Shown here: positions 24,460-30,853 of the stretch, one piece after another
Position numbering within the stretch: the first letter of the stretch is position 1
How the letters are laid out: the number at the start of each line of letters is the position of its first letter
DNA from: Microgenomates group bacterium
GTDB taxonomy: Bacteria > Patescibacteriota > Microgenomatia > UBA1406 > GWC2-37-13
DNA: 64,000 nt
Assembly: GCA_049304035.1 (NCBI GenBank)
Contig: JBAQNR010000007.1
Span: forward strand, 4,548 to 68,547
Reading direction: 5' to 3'
Made by a program: the position numbers and the translations under genes
Notes under the pieces: generated by a model
What the model was told of the DNA's origin: nothing
Database searches by the model: none
Seen by the model: the letters and a program-made list of their open reading frames with translations, nothing else

Positions 24460-24777
24460 TTAATTTATTCTCATTTCAAACATTTGGATAAAATCAATCT
24501 CTAAATTTTGCACGTATTCAAATCCAATTTTCTCATAACTTTTCCGCGCAGGAATATTTTCCTTTGCAACATACAAGGTATATTTTCCAGGAAATTCCTG
24601 TAAAAATTCCATCAACATTTTTACACAATATCCATTTCCCCGATACTTTTTGAAAATCTTCACGCTCCAAATTTCATCTTTGATAATCGCAAATGTTCCC
24701 ACAAATTTTCCATCATCAGAAAAATATACAAATTTTTCCTCATCAGGATAATGCTGGATTGCTTTTGGAATAATCAT
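24460..24777 (-). CDS. GNAT-family N-acetyltransferase (minimal, 105 aa)
   Basis: KKYRGNGYCVKMLMEF (acetyl-CoA R-x-x-G-x-G motif) and NIPARKSYEKIGF. Confidence 0.65.
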   Translation of the reverse strand: MIIPKAIQHYPDEEKFVYFSDDGKFVGTFAIIKDEIWSVKIFKKYRGNGYCVKMLMEFLQEFPGKYTLYVAKENIPARKSYEKIGFEYVQNLEIDFIQMFEMRIN

Positions 24778-24855
24778 AATATTTCTCCATACAAATTTAA
24801 TCTTTCAAAGTTTATCCTGAATTCCTCATAAAAATTCAGGATATAATTTGAAGTA

Positions 24856-25152
24856 TTAAACCGGTTCGGGATGGTAATTGTCCCACTCTTCCATATTCCC
24901 ATCCAACCACTTAAAATAATCGTAGTAAGAGGGCATTTCGGAAATTTCCGCAGGGTAACACTCACTCATCTCCTCATCCGAATAGTATTCCATGCGGGAA
25001 TAAAATTCGTTGCAGAATTCCGACGATTTGTTGAATCTCTGCAAGTGTATTCGTTCTACAAAATTTCTGCGATTCTGTCGCCAAATTTCGTAGAATTTTT
25101 CCTTGCGTTCCGCTTTCCTTTCCTCTTTTTTGAGGCGTTCACGTTCATTCAT
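24856..25152 (-). CDS. hypothetical protein (98 aa)
   Basis: track ORF; AAGGAGAAAAAAC SD. Confidence 0.6.
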   Translation of the reverse strand: MNERERLKKEERKAERKEKFYEIWRQNRRNFVERIHLQRFNKSSEFCNEFYSRMEYYSDEEMSECYPAEISEMPSYYDYFKWLDGNMEEWDNYHPEPV

Positions 25153-25162
25153 GTTTTTTCTC

Positions 25163-25229
25163 CTTATACAAATTTATTAGACTAATCAGAATCTACAAAT
25201 GATTTTGCAAATTCTGATTAATCCCCCTA
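25163..25229 (-). promoter_or_regulatory. class III element: GGGGGAT plus 17-bp stem-loop
   Basis: arms 25183-25199/25204-25220 with two non-WC positions, both G.U on minus RNA; atccccc at 25221-25227. Confidence 0.55.
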
Positions 25230-25253
25230 TTTATAAAATTCTGGTTTTATTCA
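25230..25253. repeat. AT-palindrome family copy
   Basis: tttataaaattctggttttattca. Confidence 0.55.
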
Positions 25254-25255
25254 GA

Positions 25256-25450
25256 CTATGCGTTTTTTGAAATAATCACAACCTCGTTGACAACTCCCCC
25301 ATTTTTCAAAAGAGAATCTGAAACGGGGTCGTTGTTTTCCGCAACCAACCAAGTAATAAATTCCTGATTGTGCCAAAAATATTCCAAATGTATTTGGGCA
25401 TCTGGAGACAAAAAACGAATAGAAAAAACTTTTTTCATCTGGTAATTCAT
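25256..25450 (-). CDS. hypothetical protein (64 aa)
   Basis: track ORF; CAGGAGAAAAT SD. Confidence 0.6.
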   Translation of the reverse strand: MNYQMKKVFSIRFLSPDAQIHLEYFWHNQEFITWLVAENNDPVSDSLLKNGGVVNEVVIISKNA

Positions 25451-25671
25451 TATATTTTCTCCTGTTGAAAATCTTCTGGAATAGATTGATAATTTTCTGA
25501 TATATCCTCGAAAAAATACGCCATAGAAGTTAATTCCTCATCGGAATATTTTTCAGGATTTTTTACTTCTGACATTTTGATTGCCTTATAATCTATATCC
25601 CATAAAGGAATAAATCCCGCAGGATTTACGTTTTTATAGAATACAATGAAAGGCTCTTCAAATCTAAACAT
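25450..25671 (-). CDS. hypothetical protein (73 aa)
   Basis: track ORF; GGAGGAAAA SD. Confidence 0.6.
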   Translation of the reverse strand: MFRFEEPFIVFYKNVNPAGFIPLWDIDYKAIKMSEVKNPEKYSDEELTSMAYFFEDISENYQSIPEDFQQEKI

Positions 25672-25690
25672 TTTTCCTCCATTGATATTA

Positions 25691-25714
25691 TGTATAAAAT
25701 CCCCGTTTTATTCA
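25691..25714. repeat. AT-palindrome family copy with CGGGG loop
   Basis: tgtataaaatccccgttttattca. Confidence 0.6.
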
Positions 25715-26025
25715 GGGTATCCGCACAAAACTTTTACGCAATCTGAAAACTTGTAATACAGGTCAACAATCCCAGATAAAAATCTTCCATTTTCCAAAGG
25801 TTGAATAAACCATCCTTCTTCTTCAAAATCATATGAAATCATGGAATTTGAAAAAAGGTCACATTTCCACAAACCATCCTGGATTTGTGTCCATTCGGAA
25901 AAGTGTACTTTGCTGCACGTTCTGGAAATTACTGCAAAGTGTTCTTTGGCATTTTCACCATCCGAAAATGCTTTTGAAACTATTTCCCCTGCGATATTTT
26001 CCCAAATCAATATATATTTTTCCAT
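25708..26025 (-). CDS. hypothetical protein (105 aa)
   Basis: track ORF; TAAGGAAAAAT SD. Confidence 0.6.
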   Translation of the reverse strand: MEKYILIWENIAGEIVSKAFSDGENAKEHFAVISRTCSKVHFSEWTQIQDGLWKCDLFSNSMISYDFEEEGWFIQPLENGRFLSGIVDLYYKFSDCVKVLCGYPE

Positions 26026-26037
26026 GACAATTTTTCC

Positions 26038-26151
26038 TTATAAATTTATTCCAATTAGCGACGATCCGGCTTTAATCAATAAAGCCATAATCCCAACAAA
26101 TACGGGCGCGACTACAAAAAACAGAATTGCAAGCATTTTATTTGTGGACAT
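26038..26151 (-). CDS. small membrane peptide (37 aa)
   Basis: ATG directly abuts the upstream stop (TAAATG); hydrophobic core; below track cutoff. Confidence 0.4.
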   Translation of the reverse strand: MSTNKMLAILFFVVAPVFVGIMALLIKAGSSLIGINL

Positions 26152-26292
26152 TTATTTTACCTCTTCGCAGGAAATAAATCTTCCATTGATGAATGAGAAA
26201 AAATAGGCGCGTGCTATCGTTTCCGATTCTGCTGGAATTGTCTTCGTTTCCACTCGCCCACTCGTATAACTGGTGTAAGTTAATTTGTACAT
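26152..26292 (-). CDS. small hypothetical protein (46 aa), first gene of the leftward array
   Basis: ATG 26292 with CAGGAGAATAT SD; below track cutoff. Confidence 0.45.
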   Translation of the reverse strand: MYKLTYTSYTSGRVETKTIPAESETIARAYFFSFINGRFISCEEVK

Positions 26293-26325
26293 TTTATATT
26301 CTCCTGTTTTTTATTAGAATTAGAA

Positions 26326-26387
26326 TCACTTATAGATTCTCATAGATATTTTATTTTTATAAACTACCTATGAGAGTCTATAAGTGA
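26326..26387. promoter_or_regulatory. 20-bp inverted repeat upstream of the first leftward gene (operator/control hairpin candidate)
   Basis: tcacttatagattctcatag (26326-26345) / ctatgagagtctataagtga (26368-26387), 1 mismatch, 22-nt AT loop. Confidence 0.5.
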
Positions 26388-26446
26388 CATATAACACCTT
26401 GTACTATTATTGCAGTGTTATCTTATAAACTCTCGTGAATAATACA

Positions 26447-26474
26447 TTGACTATATACGATAACTTTTTATAAT
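26447..26474 (+). promoter_or_regulatory. sigma70-type promoter (plus strand)
   Basis: TTGACT (26447-26452), 16 nt, TATAAT (26469-26474). Confidence 0.5.
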
Positions 26475-26766
26475 ACCCGTATAAACTTCTTTCAGGCGTC
26501 CACTTTGAATTATCTATTTTTATATGTAACGGGATTTATTTATTCGATGTTATGTGCGCCGAATAATTCCTATACATCAATAGTTTATTCAAGAACCTTA
26601 CTCGTTATTTATTTTCTTTTTATTGGGAAGTTTGAAACGTATACAGAAAATTGTATTATATATGTGATTTTATTTTTATCTGGTATAAACACGGATTATT
26701 ATATAAAATCTAATTTTTAGGATAATACTAGAAAATATTAATCTTTTTTTGTTATCCACGTTATTT

Positions 26767-26810
26767 GTTAATAAAAGAATACCCCACCCGTTATAACGGG
26801 TGGGGTATTC
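26767..26810 (-). terminator. strong rho-independent terminator (minus strand; possibly bidirectional)
   Basis: perfect 14-bp GC-containing stem 26777-26790/26797-26810, followed by UUUUAUU on the minus strand; 24 nt after stop of 26834-27241. Confidence 0.8.
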
Positions 26811-26833
26811 TGTTTCACTTCTTGCGGGTTGTG

Positions 26834-27241
26834 CTACTTGCTCTGTTTCGCAACCTTGCTCGCTTGTAAGGCTGTTGCGCGTGCGTGAGTTTCACGAATG
26901 GCTTGACGTTCGGCCAGCTTTTGGGCAATTTTCTTGTCACGTGATTCACGTACAAGAACACTTGCCAGTTGATTGAAATTAACTTTCTTTACGCTGTTAA
27001 TGCGTTTCTGGAGTGTTTCAAGACCGTTAACAATCATGCGGGCGTAAATTTGACCTTGCGCGAATTCGAGAGTATTCTCTTTCGCATCGCTGAAAGAAAG
27101 ATAACCCGCGACATTGACACGCACTTCTTTCACTTTGCGAGTGAAGATTGTATCATTTCGGCCTTTCTCACTTGCGCTTGCAATGAGTGATTCAATCTTC
27201 GCATTTACTTCACTTTCATTCAATACTAAATTCTGTTTCAT
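26834..27241 (-). CDS. orphan hypothetical protein (135 aa) with basic Ala/Lys/Gln-rich C-terminal tail
   Basis: track ORF trimmed to ATG 27241 (AAAGGATAA SD); visibly GC-richer than its very AT-rich surroundings; own terminator. Confidence 0.65.
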   Translation of the reverse strand: MKQNLVLNESEVNAKIESLIASASEKGRNDTIFTRKVKEVRVNVAGYLSFSDAKENTLEFAQGQIYARMIVNGLETLQKRINSVKKVNFNQLASVLVRESRDKKIAQKLAERQAIRETHARATALQASKVAKQSK

Positions 27242-27454
27242 GTCTATTATCCTTTGCTTATATCCGTTTGTGTCATTGACACATACTATAATGCGGATAT
27301 TCGCTTTAACACAGAGAATTAACATTCTCTGATATTATCCTAAAAATTATGTTTTGGCTATTCCGTTTTATCAGATATGTCTTGCATCCGTTGAATCGCC
27401 TATGTGAGACAATATTATCATGTAAAGCGTTGATCAAACGTACCAGTTGCCACA

Positions 27455-27472
27455 CCTTACAATATTGTAAGG
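27455..27472. promoter_or_regulatory. perfect 18-bp palindrome (operator-like)
   Basis: ccttacaatattgtaagg. Confidence 0.5.
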
Positions 27473-27566
27473 TAGTACATTTATTAAGGTAGGGCTATTG
27501 ACATATTATATTTTATGCCGGTGTATATTGTACTAATTGTATCATGCTGCGCTGCGTTTATATATG

Positions 27567-27654
27567 TTTATTTAGGTTAGACTAAATTATTATTTAGCTT
27601 ATACTTATTATTTATTTAGTCTATGCTTATTGTTTATTTAGTTATATATAACTA
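27567..27654. repeat. four tandem 22-bp iterons (TTTATTTAG-N13), replication-origin candidate
   Basis: (T/A)TTATTTAG cores at 27567, 27589, 27611, 27633: exact 22-bp phasing. Confidence 0.65.
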
Positions 27655-27820
27655 GTTAACAACAAAATAAAATCTAAAATTATAAACCTGTGCAAAACAT
27701 AGACAAAATAAATCATAACATATTAGAATTGTCAATGGGCAAAATATAAATTTATAAATTGATACTTGACAGATATATAATACTATGGTGATACCGGTAT
27801 AGTCATATAACTATATAGAT

Positions 27821-27841
27821 ATACTAATAAATTATTAGTAT
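27821..27841. repeat. perfect 21-bp palindrome
   Basis: atactaataa-a-ttattagtat. Confidence 0.5.
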
Positions 27842-27897
27842 AGTTTACATACTAGTAGTAAGTTGATAGTAGCCAGGTGCCTATAGTTACTCAACTC

Positions 27898-27933
27898 ACA
27901 CATAATAAAATAACAAAACACATAATAAAATAA
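27898..27933. repeat. 16-bp direct repeat x2
   Basis: acacataataaaataa at 27898-27913 and 27918-27933. Confidence 0.6.
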
Positions 27934-28210
27934 ACTCAAAAAATACTAAAAATAATCATATAGACTATATATGAACCAAGAAGATTACCAATAGAAACTG
28001 CCAACACTTTGCCAATAGTTTTACATAATCAGAGAATACATATCCGAATATACATACTCCGTCAGAATATCGAAGTACCTATATGTAGACCAATAATATC
28101 CGAATAGAATTAATTGCCAATACAAAAAATAAAACCTAACACAAACAAAAAAATATTTTACAACCATGCTCAACACATAAACAAGATAAGCATTGTCGTA
28201 ATTGACCAGT

Positions 28211-28240
28211 AAAAATAAAAAGAGGTCGAATACGAACCTC
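28211..28240 (-). terminator. rho-independent terminator (minus strand)
   Basis: GAGGUU...GACCUC stem (28222-28240, G.U only on minus RNA), followed by UUUUUAUUUUU. Confidence 0.55.
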
Positions 28241-28667
28241 AAAAATAAAATAAACAATATAGACTATATCAATATAAAACTTGTGATAAATCTGAATAAT
28301 ATCAAAAAAGTCATATTACCGTATAAACAATAGGATAACAGTTTACATTCGGCATATTTGATAAATCCATGGATTTGCAGGTATAAATTTAAGTGTTCTG
28401 GCTCCGCCATGTTTCATACCTTTAATGGAAGGTTATTTTGGTTTTTTCCAGTATGACTAAATTTTGCATTGTTTTCCACAACACTATGAAAACTCTTTAT
28501 CTGGGGCAAATTTGAACTTCAATTTTCAACGTATAATGTAAACATGGGGAAATCATTGTACAGCAACATAAACTCAACCTTGAGGCTCCTGTTGACTTTC
28601 AATGGAACAACTAGGACTTACAAGGTATTATTACGGAGGAGATAAACTTTGTCCTATTTATATTAAC

Positions 28668-28699
28668 AAAAAAAGACACCTCGATTTGAGATGTCTTTT
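28668..28699 (-). terminator. rho-independent terminator of the helicase operon (minus strand)
   Basis: 11-bp stem 28672-28682/28688-28698 (G.U on minus RNA), followed by UUUUUUUG; about 125 nt after the helicase stop. Confidence 0.65.
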
Positions 28700-28824
28700 A
28701 AGGGGTGGAGCAAGTTGTCTAGATGCGTTATACTCGACATTTATCAATAGTATATATATAATAATATAGTTAACTTATGACAGATGTCGAAAATAACGCA
28801 GATGTGTTCCTTCGCGTATTCTGA

Positions 28825-30282
28825 CTATTTTGTATTCGGACTATCCTTATCCACAATCATCCACCACCTCTTATGTCTATCTTCACCTTTCGTTTCCTGT
28901 TCGGATATGAGTTCCAGGGGTATTCCGTCTTCGGCTATGATTGAGTTGATACTGTTGATTCCTCTATTCCTGTAGTTTGTATTCTTGGGGGAGAATATGA
29001 GATAAAAGAACTTGTCCTTGAATGTTTCCTGCTCACTCTTGAACATCTTGATGTTCTTCTTGGATAGCAGGAACTCCGCCAGTCCTATGATTTCAAACTG
29101 TTTGTCGGCGTTCTCTTCGTCATCCTCCCATTTGGCTTGAAAGTATTCCACCAGATACTTCTTGTACCCATTGTATTCTTTCATGACCTTTTCAAGAAAA
29201 TCAACCTGATAGGAATAGTTATAGTATTTTGCTTTGTTGATGTTGAAGTCATTGTCCACAATATCATCGAACATTGCCTTTCTATGTTTCTGCTGGAACT
29301 CCTCTTCCCCGAACTGTTCCCTTTCTTCAGCAATATCCAGTTTCATCTTAAGGCTCCCCAGATGATAGTTCAACTCTCTGTTGTGGTGGTTCTTAACAAA
29401 CACCCTTATCTTATCATTCTCGTTCAGGATGCGTTTTCTACCTAACGCTTGAATAAGAGTAATCGGATTGATAAAGTCCAATATGATTGTTTTTACCGAT
29501 TCGTCACAGATGGATATTCCATTTTCCATAACCTTTGTGGTGCAGAGTATTCTTGCAGAAAAGTATTGATTCTCAATGATTTCCTTTTCTGTATTCTGGT
29601 CGGAATATTTATAGAACTCCTTATTGGATTCTGCACAAATAAAAACCGCATCATCGAAACTCTGAGATAGCGCCAACGCCTCTGCCGCACTCGAAGAAAA
29701 ATATATTGCTTTTTCCTCATGTTCCAGGTTTTGTAGGATTGCTTCTGGCGTCCTGTCTTTATAGTAAAACGACAGGGATGAGATATAAGAATAATCCTTT
29801 TCTGCTGTATAGATAAAATCAAACTTGTTTCCAGCGAATAGGGACATCTCTGGTGTAGCTGAAATAAAAACAAATATCTTGTTGGGATAGTCTGTTTCGA
29901 ATATGTCCAGCAGCAGGTCTGTATTCCTATTGAAATCAGAGTCGGCATAGATATAGTGGAACTCATCACATACAATTGCATCAAACTTTGAAAATAAATA
30001 CTGGAGGTCTTCCCTTGTCTCAAGTATTCCATTCTCAATAGACTGGTAATTTCTTACAGTGATGAAATCAGCCTTTTCACGGATGTCTTCTATGATTTGA
30101 TTTTTTAACAGCGTCCTATTTGAAAGAATAAGAATTCTCTTGTTGTTTCTTAAGCACCATTCATACAGAGTATTCTTCGTCCAGTAACTTTTGCCGGTTC
30201 CCGTTTGAGCAGAGATAAGAACCTTCTTTCCTATCCAACTATCAATCTCGCCTATTGGAATTATGTCTGATATATATTTCAT
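28825..30282 (-). CDS. SF2 DEAD/DEAH-box-type helicase
   Basis: Walker A AQTGTGKSYW, DExH box VCDEFHY, FISATP, motif VI QALGRKRI; start set to ATG 30282 (ATGA coupling with the upstream gene). Confidence 0.8.
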   Translation of the reverse strand: MKYISDIIPIGEIDSWIGKKVLISAQTGTGKSYWTKNTLYEWCLRNNKRILILSNRTLLKNQIIEDIREKADFITVRNYQSIENGILETREDLQYLFSKFDAIVCDEFHYIYADSDFNRNTDLLLDIFETDYPNKIFVFISATPEMSLFAGNKFDFIYTAEKDYSYISSLSFYYKDRTPEAILQNLEHEEKAIYFSSSAAEALALSQSFDDAVFICAESNKEFYKYSDQNTEKEIIENQYFSARILCTTKVMENGISICDESVKTIILDFINPITLIQALGRKRILNENDKIRVFVKNHHNRELNYHLGSLKMKLDIAEEREQFGEEEFQQKHRKAMFDDIVDNDFNINKAKYYNYSYQVDFLEKVMKEYNGYKKYLVEYFQAKWEDDEENADKQFEIIGLAEFLLSKKNIKMFKSEQETFKDKFFYLIFSPKNTNYRNRGINSINSIIAEDGIPLELISEQETKGEDRHKRWWMIVDKDSPNTK

Positions 30283-30611
30283 TCTTTGGTTATACCCCAA
30301 GTCCAATCTTCTTTTGTTTGAAATGTGTGCAAAATTATTTTATATGGTAAATTTCTTTCTTTCAAAAATCTTTCGACAACAGCAATGCTATAACCAGAAA
30401 AATCAAATCTTTTTCCTGTAACAAACTGCTCGGAAATCAATTTCACAAATTCGCCAAGTTCTTCTTTGGTGTGAGTATATCCATATTCCATGGAACACTC
30501 CCACATATCTAAGACATCGATAATCCTACTTTGTTCCAGATGCTTAAGTTCATCTATGTCCAGTTTGACATCATACTTTCTATCCAGCATCTTACCATTC
30601 TTTTTATACAT
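30279..30611 (-). CDS. hypothetical protein (110 aa), first gene of the helicase operon
   Basis: track ORF; CAGGAGGAATAA SD. Confidence 0.65.
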   Translation of the reverse strand: MYKKNGKMLDRKYDVKLDIDELKHLEQSRIIDVLDMWECSMEYGYTHTKEELGEFVKLISEQFVTGKRFDFSGYSIAVVERFLKERNLPYKIILHTFQTKEDWTWGITKE

Positions 30612-30636
30612 TTTTTTATTCCTCCTGTCTCCATGT

Positions 30637-30713
30637 GAAAATAAAAGCGGCTCAGGTCGATGCGGAGATTTACACCATTCATCTTACTGTACGGGCAAAA
30701 CTATCCCGAGCCA
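30637..30713 (-). promoter_or_regulatory. structured GC-richer leader ending in a U-tract (attenuator or small RNA candidate)
   Basis: 8-bp long-range stem 30705-30712/30649-30656 (G.U on minus RNA) encloses about 48 nt, followed by GCUUUUAUUUUC, then the SD of 30611 gene; begins at the predicted TSS of the 30720-30748 promoter. Confidence 0.4.
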
Positions 30714-30719
30714 CTTTGA

Positions 30720-30748
30720 ATTATATCATACTATTCTTTTTAAGTCAA
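30720..30748 (-). promoter_or_regulatory. consensus extended -10 promoter (minus strand)
   Basis: TTGACT (30748-30743), 17 nt incl. TGa, TATAAT (30725-30720). Confidence 0.75.
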
Positions 30749-30791
30749 TACCATATAAGACCCAAATAGTCCAAATTACGATATATGGGGC

Positions 30792-30820
30792 TTGACAAAT
30801 AATATATTTAATGATATAAT
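30792..30820 (+). promoter_or_regulatory. consensus extended -10 promoter (plus strand)
   Basis: TTGACA (30792-30797), 17 nt incl. TGa, TATAAT (30815-30820). Confidence 0.75.
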
Positions 30821-30853
30821 ATGGCAATATTTAATAAAAAGGAGCAACCATGG

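Noticed and set aside
24774-24965. 63-aa ORF between the GNAT gene and the 24856-25152 gene
   Set aside because: It overlaps the better-supported 98-aa ORF and has no SD. The non-overlapping part is an intergenic hairpin (24814-24842).
580-25185. Many plus-strand track ORFs inside the leftward array (for example 580-798, 3769-4081, 4426-4740, 8417-8923, 11285-11569, 20721-21029, 24195-24491, 24871-25185)
   Set aside because: They lie antisense to well-supported, SD-preceded minus-strand genes and lack SD motifs. They have the Phe/Leu/Ile/Ser-rich composition expected from reading AT-rich coding DNA backwards.
466-25229. Interpreting the conserved-flank stem-loops simply as rho-independent terminators
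   Set aside because: Only one of the twelve (11674-11699) is followed by a U-run. The others are followed by the conserved TCATG/-10 box. Termination alone therefore does not explain them, although RNA-level structure is supported.
26505-26720. 71-aa plus-strand ORF in the AT-rich region
   Set aside because: It has a TTG start without an SD. Its composition (F/L/I/Y/N) is what random translation of about 20 percent GC DNA gives.
27567-27654. Possibility that the 22-bp tandem repeats are a CRISPR array
   Set aside because: The units are contiguous with no spacers and share only a 9-bp core. No cas genes are present. An iteron interpretation fits better.
27497-27771. TTGACA hexamers at 27497-27502 and 27766-27771 as promoters
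   Set aside because: No acceptable -10 hexamer lies at 16-18 nt spacing in either case.
28021-28257. 78-aa minus-strand ORF in the AT-rich region
   Set aside because: It has no SD, an extremely Phe/Leu/Tyr-rich sequence, and spans the repeat and terminator sequences. It is a likely artefact of AT-richness.
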